NCBI GenBank assembly: GCA_905178155.1
Contig: CAJINV010000005.1
Coordinates: 3,168,833 to 3,232,832, forward strand
Direction: 5' to 3'
Length of the DNA stretch: 64,000 nucleotides
Origin: Amoebophrya sp. A120
Lineage: Eukaryota > Protista > Dinoflagellata
In this document: in pieces, positions 49,801 through 62,700 of the stretch
How the letters are laid out: every line of letters starts with the position of its first letter
How positions within the stretch are numbered: the first letter of the stretch is position 1
The notes under the pieces: model-generated
Database searches by the model: none
The model's input: only the letters and a program-made list of their open reading frames with translations
What the model was told of the DNA's origin: nothing
Translations under genes and position numbers: made by a program

Positions 49801-51957
49801 TAGGTTGTAGAAGTAGCTGCTGCACGGTTTCCTTTTCGTCTTCTTTTCTTCCTGGTGGTTGTGGGTCATTTGATAAGCGCACACGATTTCATCTGTGCTG
49901 ACCTCACCAACGACAGCCACGTAGATAGAAGTAAGTACCAAGTGAAGCACAATTAAAGGCTCGACTAGTAGGGACGTCGTGTTTTCTTTTCTGCCACGGT
50001 TTCATCCGACGAACCTCGACACGGTTGTAAACGGAGAAACGAAACACGATGGTTATCTGGTTGACGAGTTCTTGCAAAAGCAAGGAAGTGTAGCTGTATT
50101 GGCTGTTGTGAATAGAGATAGTGATAGAATGTAATTGGGCAGCACACGACGGCAACCCCCGAGAAAGAATTTGAATTTTAACGTGTATGTTGTCTCGTTA
50201 AAACAGCACGACCTACTCTTGCTACTTTGACGTGTGACGAGCCGGAAAGAAACAGAAACCGAAGCCGAAAGAAGTAGCATAACTACGGTAGATAAAAAGC
50301 TGCAGAGGAAAATAAAACAATGGTGCGCCCCGACTTGAATCCGTGGTAGAAGAGGAGATTATACAAGGACGTCCATCGTGTGCAACAACCACTCACCAGT
50401 ACGGAAGCAGAAGCTACTAGGGCGGTACATCTTCAAGGCGTAAAAGCCGTGGCTATCTGGTGGAAAGGAGTTTCTAGGTACTACGCGACAAGCTGTACAT
50501 CGCAGTATCCTACGGAAAAACTCTGTCGTGTAACAAATCAGCCGTGGTCTGGTCGAATCATGCAAATGTGAAAATAAATGTTGTCAGGAAGACAGCGCTC
50601 GTTTGTGCATGTAAAAGCGCTAGTACCTTTGCATACATTTTTCTGCTCGATTCATGGTTTTGGGATTTTTGCTCTCAACCTCGATACGAGTACGGCTGGA
50701 TTTGCACTGTATACCACCCACGAGTAGTACAACCGGCTGGCAATTGCGTCCGAAGAGCAGGAGCATTGAGTCAACCACCAAAGCTCCTACGTTTCTAACC
50801 CCCCGACGGCCGTTGCTGGTGTCATTTTCAGTGAAGACCTCGTGGATACGGATAGTATCCTCTGGCAAGAAAAGGGCCAACCACAGCTGTCTTGCGTAGT
50901 GGTACTGCTAGCTGCGCAGGTCGGAAGCTAAGTATTACGGATCGCTCCGCTACAGTACGACACGACAGCAGTTTTGGTTCCTGCGCGACCACCAGAACAA
51001 TAATAATAAACCCCCGCGCAACCGCAACGACGTAAATTCGCCGCGGCAAAACAGCTGCGAAACGACCGCGTAGTGGATTCATTTCCTCTAGAGAAGCGGG
51101 TGCGGGATCGAACCAGTCGAGTGCGCAGGTGCAGTTTCTTCTTCTTCTACCCGTAGAAGCAAGTTCCAGCTATCGTCCCAGAAAAAAATTGACGTGGACC
51201 CCGCATCTGGTTCGGGTCGGCAACTTCCGTCGCAGCAGGACATTATCGGAGGGCACTCGGCTGGAAGCTGGAAGCTGCAGAGCGTGGAGTCTCAGTCGTC
51301 CTCACAGGCGCGAGTTAAATAAACCCACTACACTCCGACGTGCGGCGGCTTTTAAGTACTACACGACCACCTCCAGTTGCTACAACTACTAGAAGAGGTG
51401 GCTCTATTTGCGGCACTACGGGTTGTACCACGACGCGACCGAGAAATATCGTCTGCGCTCCTGCTCTCGCTGGCGAGGACAGAAAGAGTGCCGCAAAATG
51501 ACGCGCGTTGGCTACGGGGGGCCAAAGAAAGTGCATCGCAATCACAGTAGGCTGAACAAATTTTTCTGCAAATTCTATAATTCATCACGATTCACGACTC
51601 TCGTCGGCGACAACTTTTCCGTATCTAATATTATGTTGAGAATAGATACTGATACTTACAGCTAGATACTTGGCTGTTGTCGTTTGTGCTGACGCCATAA
51701 TTTCGTCTAGTGACTCTGAGTTTGTTTCAGAATTCAGTTGTTTGGTCTTCAGTAGAACGGTGCTACTTGTGATGCAATGGGACGAGCATAAGATCGAATG
51801 AAGGTGATTGCGATGGACTTTTTTTGGTCCATAGAGGTCTTCGAGATGTTACCAACGCGGTAAAAATGTTGCTTTGTTTCTGCTTTGAACAAGAATGTTA
51901 TGCATGCATAATGTGCTTAAACCGAGCTTCTGCAGCATGAAGCAGCTTTGCTTAGAA

Positions 51958-54533
51958 ATGATAGCCAAGCGCGACACTAAGACTGACGTCACACCACAAA
52001 CTATCAGCTTCCACACCAGCAGGCGGGCAATGTTGCGAATAAAAACACAAGAAAAAGCTCGCAGAAGCAGCAACCACCAGGGCAGCACCAGATACAACCA
52101 CAGCCCGGGCAGACACAGAAGGTAAGTGGTTTGATACATGGAGTCTGCGCGAACAACATTGAAAATTCGACGTTGCTTGCGATGCAGTTTTGCGAAAAAT
52201 TGTGCTGTTTTTTGCCATGCCAAATATGATGAAAGAAAAACCTCCGTACAGCATTCCGTGGCAGTAGGTTCAACAATAAACAAGCCGGATGTAGTAGGGA
52301 GCACAGCCGGAGTAGTTGTGCACCAGCAGCACCAGGCACCAAGCCAAAGCCAGCAGAAAGAGGAGGCTCCCCTGCCGGACCCGCAAGAGGCCCCGGAGTA
52401 CGCACAAATAATCTACGAGTACCTGAGAAAAACAGAAAACGTCGAGCGGCTGAGGGTGGTACTGATGACTCTTTTCTCGAGCAGCTGTCGATACAAAAAT
52501 CAACAACTGCTCATCTTCGATTGCTGCCTTTGAAAGCTGAATAAAGGCGGGTTCTTTCGCAAATATGGGGATTGGTTTTCCACTGTGATCTTGGTTTTGT
52601 TTTGTTCCTTTCTTCACCTCAATGCATTGCGATGCAGTGCAACGAATTTCAGCTGCAACTTCAATGAAAAAAATCAAACCAGACCGACCCAGAGTTTCTG
52701 GAAAACCAGAAAGAAATAAGTAGTCGGATGCGGGGGATATTACTCGACTGGCTCGTAGAAGTGCACTACAAGTTCAAGCTGGTGCCGGAGACACTGTATA
52801 TTAGTAGCTGTGAAGATTTACTCATTTTTGCTTGATTTGATGAGTGGGTTTATTTCTAACTCGACGACATCGTCGCCACTATGTATCACCGCACTGTGCA
52901 TGTCGATAACAGTTGAAGTTTGATGACCTTCAACAGGTTCTTTTGATTCTGTATAATGATAATCTGTAGCAGAGAAGTAGAGGATTTTTCTAGCAAACAT
53001 TCATGAGATGGGAGAACCTTCGAAAACTGCCAAATAATCCAGGTACCTCTGCATCAACCTAATAGACCGCTTTCTGGATCGGGACCGCACCATCCCGAGA
53101 AATAAGCTGTGTAAAATCTTCTTCACGATCGTTTCTTCATCCAATTTGTCACAATGCGCATGGAAAAACATGCATCAAAAGCGAAAATCAAAATCTAAAT
53201 AAGCTTAAGCATAAGCTGCATTTTATTCGGTGTGCACCAGCACCACAACGGCAAGTTGATATAGGAAACGGATCGTGAAGATGATGTTTTTCCTTCGGAT
53301 ACGAAAAAAGCTGCAATTGGTGGGCGGAACGTGCATGCTAATTGCCTCGAAATACGAGGAATTTCGACCGCCAGAAGTGGGTGACATCTGCTACATAATG
53401 GACAACGCCTACACACGAGAAGACATCCTCGAGATGGAAGTCCAAGTTCTGAACAAACTGGTACAATTGTGATTATATTTTTTTTGAAAAATCGAACTCT
53501 TTTGCAGGATGAGGGTGAAACAGAATGACGCATGGCAACTATTTAATTTGTCCTGCATGGCGTAGAAGTAGAAGCCCTAGGCGTACTTCCTCTACTTTCT
53601 CCTCAGTCGTGATACCTGATCTATGGGGGATCGAAAAAAAAAAATGCCAAAACAGAAATTCGAAGTCACCGTGCCCTCAGCGCTGCAGTTTCTGGAGTAC
53701 TTCATCAAGAAGATGTCAATCAGCCGGGAGGACGACCACTTTTTCTTAGCGCAGTACCTGGTCGAAGCCACCTTGCTCGAAGTCAAGTTTTTAAAGTATA
53801 CTAACTATGTATATTATACATGAACTATGAAAAAATCAACATCGGAATTACTTAATAGAACTCAATTGGCGAGATCATTATACATAATGATCTCGCCAAT
53901 TGAGTTCTATTAAGTAATTCCGATGTTGATTTTTTCTCCCGCATGACAATGCGCAAGAATTTTTTTACGTTGATTCTGCATAGGAAAAAACCTTTCACAC
54001 ACGATACAAATCTATGCCGTCGTTGCAAGTATGGAATTGAACGAAAGGTATAAGCCATCACACCTAGCATCCGCCGCCCTGTATCTGGCAAACCGCATTC
54101 GGAAGCACGCCGTTCCATGGCCCCCCGTGCTGTACTGAAGACAATTTTCAATAATTTTTGATCGATTTGATGATTCTTGTGTGCGAAACAAATCGATGAA
54201 ATCACATGGCGGCTCTTGTCGGTTCTGCCAGATGAAGCTGCCACTAGGCCTTTCGCTTTCTTATCGCACTAGGCGTTTCGGTTTCTTATCTGCATCAAAA
54301 CTTGTTCATCATTTTGTTCGTGGTCAACGATATTTATTGGAAAAACCCAACCTTGAAAACCATCGCTCAGGGTCGAATTAACCGGATTGGGCGAGCAAGA
54401 AAGCGTGAAGCCATTAGCGAAGGAGATTTTCGAGATGATTCCGAACTTCCGAAACAAGTCCCTGTACAAAAAATACACCATGTATGAGACGAGTGCACAA
54501 AAACTACTCCCCATCGTCCCGCTCAACATTTGA
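51958..54533 (+). CDS. Mitotic (A/B-type) cyclin, paralogue 2; start codon tentative
   Basis: [88 protein letters not shown]; TGA at 54531-54533. Confidence 0.88.
53829..53936. repeat. Perfect palindrome, 53-bp arms with a 2-nt loop, inside a cyclin intron
   Basis: 53829-53881 is the exact reverse complement of 53884-53936. Confidence 0.95.
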
Positions 54534-55744
54534 AGGGCACGAACAGGAGCTGCAACACGAGCAGTGGCAGAAAAAATGTTGACTCTGTATGAAAAATCAA
54601 TGGGCGGATCGTAGGTCTTTTCAGATTTCCGGAGGTTTTATTTCAGTGCGAAGAGGCAAAGAGCAGAAGTACAGGTAGAATTGGTATTTATTTGCAAGAT
54701 GAGGAAGAGTCACAAGCGAGGGGTAGGAAGTTTCGGTGGGGGAGTTGTTTTGTGCGCTCGGATAGCATGGAGAAATACCACGGTGTGGCCCCGACCATAC
54801 CCGCGCAGTGAGAGGTATGAAATAATCTCCCGGGGAACAACGATGAAGAGAAAGAAATTCGTTGTTCTCATCGGGATGATAGAAAAGAAAAATTGATAGG
54901 TTTGATATAATACGTTCGCTTTTCGTAATATTGTTGTAGACTTTGACATCATCATCATGATCTCGGCGAAGACTCAATGCCGAGTAGAAGTACACCAATC
55001 CTCATTTCATCAAGACAAGCTTGCTATCACATCTTTTCAAAAATGAACCTGAACACTAGAGAAATAACTGTTGCTAGACGTAAAAATTAGTTGTCAGGAT
55101 GTTTAGCTACTAGTCGTACTATACAATCCTGTACAACAAAGGGCGCCGTCGGGGTAGTTCTTCTTCCTCTGCGCTCTGTTGTTCGTTGTTTTCGAAGATT
55201 TAGACTGTACAATGTAAAAATGTTTCAGGCTGGATGGCGCATTTTATCCGCCCTGTTGCACCTCCAACAGTTTTGTAGATAAAAATTTCTTGCAACTTTT
55301 TTACTAGCAACACAGAGATCTTCGGGAAGAGAAGAAATTCTCAACTTCTTTCGACGTTCTTGTGGCCGCTACGTAGGTTGCTTTTTATCGACTGTTTCTG
55401 AAGATATTGATTTTGTTAAAAATGAACCTCCTTGATGTTCTACTGTAGAAGCTAGTACAACTACCCTCGGGGCCGCGTCGAGCTCAAATACACGTTTCTG
55501 GGGCTTTGCCCGCCCATGCTGAGGAAGAATTGAATTTATCATCCTACGATCACACACGTTGGCGGGGTAGTCGTATTCAAAAATACAAGTGGCTGTTGTA
55601 CAAGTTCACAATGGGCTTTTACAACATACAAGAGAGTTTTATTCTTGTTGACAGGACTTGCTTTCTTCACAGCTTTCGGAAAAATCGAATCATCTTCTAG
55701 GACTTCGCGGCAGGAAGAAGGACAGGAGCTCGTCCAGCTTGCTC

Positions 55745-56004
55745 TATGGATTGCAAATATGTCTGGGTCTGGAAGAGCCAAACTTGTGATGCTGCATTTG
55801 GATGCTAAAACAATCTGTATTGCATCAGCAGCAAGAGGAGTCAAATTTGGCTACGCTGAGAGGGCATTTGTCATGCAGGATGCTCATCGATAGGCGCTCA
55901 AAAAATCTGTGATGCTATGGCATACATCACAGACATCATGGATCATGGAAAATGTGCATGACAAACTTCTCCTCTTCCAGACCCAGACACTTTTACATTC
56001 GATA
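55745..56004. mobile_element. Introner-family element, family A (260 bp); host gene not identified
   Basis: Family A TIR; perfect DR TGCTC. Confidence 0.9.
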
Positions 56005-57223
56005 TGCTCAATTATGCCGTTATTTGTAGTTTATTGGAGCTAATAAATGACGAGACGGACTCACGACTTCACGCTGAAGTATTGTACGAGTGCTCACGCA
56101 AGAAAAAAATGCTTTTGCGCTATTGATGCCAGAGTGGCCCTAGATATAGATATGATGTATCTGGATGATGCGATGGAATAATAGGCTAAAATTGCTTTCA
56201 AACCTGTCGTCCAAAATACATCAAGTACAACAGTTGCTACATACCAGTGACCACGATGAGAACTACTTATTTTCTTTTGCAGACCCCAGAATAAGAACTA
56301 ACACACGCCGCTGGGAGAAATAGTAGTAGAAACAAAAAGGGAAACAGAAATAGAAGCAGTCAGCGAGCTGGGTGTGGGGTTGCTCTTGGAATATTCTGAT
56401 CATTCTGGTATAGCTAGTGACAAAGTATATGATGGCTGATTACTTTTAATAAAACTCTGGCTCGCGCAGGAAATGTAGGAGTTCCACCTGTCGCAAAAGT
56501 CCACATCTTCTTCAATTTCAATCGATTACACTTCTATTCATCACACTATATTCTTGTAGCTCAATCCTGTTGAAAAATAGTTTCGGCATCAAAAATTTAT
56601 TCCCACACTACAGCTCCTCTCGCAGCTATTGCAGCTGCGGCGTTGGTTCTTACGCATCCTCATGTGGTTCGATTTTAATCTGCGAAGGCTTCGACGCAAT
56701 ACAAAATTTACTTCAAGACAAATTGCTGTCCTGGAGGTGTGTAGTCAAAGCAGGCGGCGACCACTTGTCTTCACTTGGCCCTAGCGCGTACCGCACCGAT
56801 TTCATCTATCCAGGGAATCAATTTTAGTACAATTACTGCGAGTCTCACGACGATGCGTGTCTACCTCTACTAGTACAACAGGAGAACGCCAGGCAGACGC
56901 GATTATTAGCGGGGAAGCGGGGTAGAAGCAAAGTGAAACATCATGAGTAGAAATAGAAAAACTGACGAGGATCATGTGCCTCTGTCCCTAACAAAAGCAA
57001 GTTGCGAGAAAGGCAAAAATCATTCGAAATTAAACCTACGAAATTTGGAAAGATCATAGTGATTTAGCCTAGTAGCAGTAAAGAAGGCTGCTCGCAATTA
57101 GCACTAGCAGCTTTGTCGCTTTTATGGAGTCTTACTGCGGTGAGAACTTCTACTTCCTCCACCGACGCAATACAAATTTCATAGGCACGACCGTTTTACA
57201 TTTACTTATTGGCATCTACTCAC

Positions 57224-58143
57224 ACTTTGGCTCGCAGCGGCTTGTGGTCCAGTCGCCTGGGTGGAGCGCAGTGAGAACAAGAAGAGCATGCGGATATCAA
57301 AAGGAAAAATCCCCCCTTCCCATATCGAAACGAAGTTTCTGATGCTGGATATGCCTACACAAATCAGATTTGTCTTGCTGGCGAGGACTGCAGACCCATA
57401 GTAAGCCTGAGGAGACAGGTTTTGGCCTTGGCGCGTTGCATGACAGACATCTATGCTGTAGGTGCAACAGCATGACAAACCGCCTGTAGAATGCAGCGGA
57501 GCCTGTGGAGTTGCCTTCATGCAACACAGAGACGATTTGGGGCCACAAATCAGCAACACAAATTTTCAAAAACGTGCCTTGTCAATATGGGGAGGGGGGA
57601 TTTTCCCTTTTGATAGCGGAGCAGCTGTCGTTTTGGGCAGAAAACGACGATGTGAGTAGGAGCGATGGTGGATATCAAAAGGAAAAACCCCCCCTCCCCA
57701 TATCAAAACGAAGTTTCTGATGCTGGATTTGGGTACACAAATCAGCTTTGTATTGCAGAGAGGCATTGCGGACAGATCTCCAGGCTAGACAGGGGCGGGC
57801 GTGTCTAGTTGTTTAGCATGGCAAACGGCTCCCCTTTAGGCCCAACAGCATCACAAACCGCTTCCAGAATGGGGCTAAAGCTCCTGCCCTTGTCTTCTTG
57901 CAAGACAAAAAGGATTTGTGACCTCAAATCAGCAACACAAATTTTCGAAGTCGTGCCTTTTCAATGTGGGGAGGGGGGATTTTTCCTTTCAATAGTGGAG
58001 GAGTCATTACCTCTTCCTAAGTAGTTGCTCATGCTTAGTAAACTAGCCAGGCTGACGAGCTCGATATTGATGGGGGTGGAAAAATGCTCGAGCAGCTGCA
58101 GCCAGAGTCGTGTCAGCTTTGTTACGGGGAATCGAAATAGCAC
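57224..58143 (-). CDS. Internal exons of an unidentified minus-strand gene (partial)
   Basis: Removing both family D elements gives an open frame ...LGRGNDSSTIAPTHIVVFCPKRQLLRMLFLFSLRSTQATGPQAAASQS ending at a GTGAGT donor. Confidence 0.5.
57295..57615. mobile_element. Introner, family D (321 bp)
   Basis: TIR TATCAAAAGGAAAAATCCCCCCTTCCCATAT; perfect DR GCGGA. Confidence 0.92.
57673..57994. mobile_element. Introner, family D (322 bp)
   Basis: Family D TIR; perfect DR GTGGA. Confidence 0.92.
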
Positions 58144-59783
58144 AGTTTTCCGTTTCTATCGGCAGTGGAGTTCTAGTACTGTGCTATTGAGTCGATATAA
58201 TTCTTGTTCGATCTATTCATCTACGGTATTGGTTATCTGCAACTATTCTCTCTAAAAATGAATCCAATTTTTTTTACTAAGACAGAAAACTGACGACGTG
58301 AAGAGCAAGATATCGACCCTCCTGGTTCTGTGTTATTTTAAGACAGAGTTAGGGACAGCGGCAAGAAGTGCCCCCAGTGCGCCGCCTCGTGGGTAGGAGG
58401 AGCGAGTTGGCTTGACAGGCTGTTCGTGCCACTTTCACGATAGAACAGCATGTGATGTTTTTCTTTGCTGCACGTTGTAGGTTGATTTCGTCGAGGCCCT
58501 GCTTGCCAAGTGCAATGTAGCTTCCTTTAGTGCCTACTCTTTGGGTAGTCGAAACATCATCGTCGCCGCCCGTTTTGTCCATGTCATCGCATCCATGTTG
58601 GGTGATAGAGACACCACATCGACGGCGCTGTCGGTGCCGCCCGGCTTGATTTCATTTTCACAGCGTTGACATCGGAGAATCAGTTTGTGCATGGCAGTTG
58701 CCGCCCGTCGTTTGTACAATAATCAGGTGGGTCGTGTCTTTCAACTCTTGTGCGTCACGGTTTTCGTCTGGCTTCATAACCGTATTGAAATTTGTTCGCT
58801 TATGACCTCATAGATATTACTTCTTGCTGATGTTGTGTGGCTTAAAAACCTCTTACTATAGCAAGATCCTTCTGTACGCAAAAATTTAGCCGAAATTTTT
58901 TGTTGATCTTTGCACGACTATATTTACAGATTCGTTTCTTATCGCAGAGCCGACGTGCTGTACTGTCTGTGGCGCGGCTGACTTGTTTCGATAGCTTCGT
59001 CCGGTAGGAAGATGCAAACCCATCCGTGGACGACAAAAAAGCACAACTCTTTCTAGATGTTGAACCAAATAAGAGTAGATGATTTGGGGCACGCAGAAGG
59101 AGCAGAACACGACCGAAATTGAATTTACACCAAAATTGATCTTCCCACGAACGTGGTTAATAATTGTTACGGCAATTGGTCAGGCGGTGGACGTAGTACG
59201 TGGACAGCAGCCAGTACCACACCGTCGTGTAATCGTCGGCAATCGTCGGCGAGGAATTGCCCGAGTACCTACTAGTACAACTCGTGTTTCTTTAGCACTA
59301 TATTTGCGGACGGCTTTTCGCTCTTTTGCATTTCTGTGTGACAACGAGAGATAGAAACGGAAACTGTCGGGGGCAGCCAACATCGTCGTGATTTGGTGTG
59401 TACTAGACATTGCAATTTATTGTGTAAAAGCAGGGAGCGAGTTGTAACTGTAAGTAAGTACCTCTATGGGATGAGAAAAAGGTAGTTCGGGCGAACTGCA
59501 AGCGAGGGCACCACGACGACACTGCGGGAGAGGAACCCTAACTACTCAAGTTATAGTGAAACGTATTTCTAATTCTATTTTATGAAGTGTGCTGGGACGG
59601 TAAACATCTAAAAGGAATCAGAATAGTGACCACGCCGGGGACATCAGCCAGAAGTACTACATTCCGTCATTTGTGTGCTTCCGCATCAATCATGGGCTAG
59701 ACGTTTTTGACGCTTTCTTGTTCCGTCGCCTCGGCAGCTGCGCTCGTCGCATTTTTCTTCCTTGTGCCGTCGAGATCATAAGT

Positions 59784-62700
59784 ATGACGTGCAAGACCAG
59801 GAAACGTCGAAAAGTCTTCTTGACCCCGTCCTCTTCGGAAGCTGCTTACGGTAGTACGTCGCTTCTGCCCGCAGCTGCTGGGCCTGGGCCACATCATCAA
59901 GGGAGAATTATGCAACCTCCTCGTCGACGACGTTGTGGCAGCTCGTTATTTCGGGTGAAGAGCACGACAGCGACCGGCAGACTCTTCACGACTAGCACAA
60001 GTGGTTATTTGTCTTTCGTGGCGCTGCTATGTGCCGTGTTTCTTCTCTTCTACAACGTCTGTTTTATTCATCACGACGAAGAAGCTCACCGGTGGACAAG
60101 AACACGGAGAAATAGCCTCATCCTGTTCTATCAAATGAAAATATGTTGTCTGGGTCTGGAAATTTGTCTTGCTGTTGATACTCGCATAGCAGAGTACTTA
60201 CCCGTTTGTACGGCAGAACAGCATCAGACAGAAGTTTGGAAAGGCGTATTGCTGATTCATTTGCAAAAGAACGCATGATATTAGGCTTCCATTCTTTCAG
60301 CACGACTGCCCAAGCCCAATCGTATTCTGCATGGCAGCTCTTGGTGTGCCTGAAGTTGAATTCTTGCACTTTTACAAAAAATAAGATCCAGACCCAGACG
60401 TATTTGCAATGCATATCATCGCCCACGCGGGCGACCCCATCGTGCGGGACGACGGGCTCACCGTGAGTACCGCACTCTGGCACCGTATGCAAGAAAAAAA
60501 CTGTGTAAAGAAGTGTAAGTATGTAAGTTTGTATTGCGGACGTATGTAGTTGTAGTATTAAAGCAGTCACTACTGGAAGTGCGTCATGGTGCATACTAGT
60601 TCATCAATACGTGTTTTCGCTGAGACTAGCTGCGCCTGACAGGCTTTTTCTGTAATGCAAAACGAATTTGTGACGCTGCTCATCCTACAAGGTTACACCT
60701 TACACGACACTTTTTTTCTCCGATACACCGTGCGCAACTGGGAAACATCGACTTCGAGGCAAGTTGCAGCTTTAACCCAAACCTGAAGAACGGGTGTTTG
60801 CGGGAAAACCGGTTCGATACCGAGAAACAGGCACTGATCCGGTTTTTCGTTGTCATGGACGGCTTTGCCTGGCGGGAGTCGACGAACTGGGAAATCTATG
60901 CACTTTCGCAAAAGTATCGCACCTACTACGTAGAAATTGCATATCTATGGTACTTATGCACAAATTGTTTGCACAGCATCAAAAATGGAATTTGATGTAG
61001 TCTTGCAGATCTTTTTACCTTGTTTCGCAATCGCAATGCTATTACCTTTATTTCGGTGCGACTGCGAATAAACTTTTGCAATGCACAAGATCACGTACCG
61101 CGAGGAGTTATGAAATGCAAAAGCATCGTATTCGTATAAATGCATTACAAATTTTCTCAGCATGAGAAATAGAATCTGTAATGCTGATTTGCCTTGACAA
61201 AGAAATTTGTAGTGCAAGAGCAGCATTTATACGAGTACGATACTTTTGCACAGGATAGGAGTGCGACTTCACCAATACCTGCGTGGACATCTACGAGACG
61301 GATCCGAAGAATTCACTATCAAGTGCAAAATTGTCTGGGTCTGGAAGGTGGTAACCTGTGATGCTGTCTTTGGATTCCAAAAAAATCTGTATTGCATGAC
61401 TAGCAGAAGGAGTCCAGTTTGTGCTACACGGGGAGGGCGTTTCTCATGCGGAATAAGCATCAGGAAGCCTTCTAAAAATATGGGATGCTAGGGCATGCAT
61501 TACAGGCGTCACTGGTCATGCAGAATATGCATATATAACAAACCTGGCAATCTTCCAGGCCCAGACATATTTGCATTTGATATTCACCGTGTTGGGACCA
61601 TTGGTACGGCATCACCTGCAACGAGGAGGGGTATCAGAGTGCACAATTCATCATCCCTGTGCCATGTCCTCCTCATTTGTCATGCAAAATGTACAGTACT
61701 AACAGTAACACTAAGTGCATGTGCAGCTGCCTGTCCACCACCCTTTTGGTCTTGATTGATTGACAGCTAAATGTTCACCCGGTTGTTCCGGAAGCTAGGG
61801 CTAGTACAAAACATGTATAGAAGTCAGATACAACATTTTGATTCTGTGTGTGTAGTTAGCATGCAGATGTCACATTTTATTCGTTTTCGCTTCGTGTGTT
61901 GCTGCAAATGCGCGCCGTCAATCAGGGGGACGACGACCGAGGTTTGATGTCCACTCTCATAAGGGGCGTGTGATCGAGATCAACCTCGTCGACAATCGTC
62001 TGAACGGCACGTTCATGAACCCAGATTTCCCGGACGACGCCCAGCTTCTAAACGAATTCCCCGCCTATCCGAGAAAAAAACGTTGTTCGTGTAAATTTGT
62101 GATGCGCAACATGCAAGATGATTGCGTCTGTCATGCTGGGCATGCATCGTGGGGTCCATTCAAGGGCGTGCTCACGTAGAATCTGCGCATGGCAGGCTTC
62201 TGTTGTCATATGTAGTGAGGTCACCGAACGGTTCTAACCAGGGAGTTTTTTTGACAGCTACCCTGAAAAACGACCGGCAGTTTTCAAGCGGCCGGAGGCG
62301 TTTTTTGACATAAAAAATTTTTAATTATCAAGCGGACGGGGCTTTGCCGTCAAACAAGCCCGGTCGAAAACTATCGATTCGCACTTGATAAAACGACGCA
62401 GGGGAGCCGGCAAAAGGGCCCTTCTGAGGCGCCCGCCGCCTTGGTTTCTGGCGATTTGGGGCGCCCAAAAAGGGGCGCGCAAAAAACGCGCCCAAAATCA
62501 GAACAGCGAGACAGCATGGCACGGCCGCGATTTCGGAGCATTTTGGGCGGCCGCGAAAGCGGCCGCCTTTTCGCCGGTTTCAGAGCCTGGGAAGCTTTGC
62601 AAAAGGCGCCGGCGTGAAAAATAAAAACGCGACAAAGAAAAAGCGCTCCAGACGCGCAAAGCCAATCCGCATGCTATGGGCCCGATTTTCCTTCGCTTTT

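Noticed and set aside
46900-51900. Possible gene(s) between the cyclins, e.g. minus-strand ORF 48270-48698
   Set aside because: Short ORFs with no recognisable domain and no exon chain I could trace; cannot be supported without RNA data.
14642-61582. Recurrent peptides MSGSGR, PDPDIF, FQTQTF and KNVWVWK in many short ORFs
   Set aside because: These are translations of the family A TIR, not a protein repeat family.
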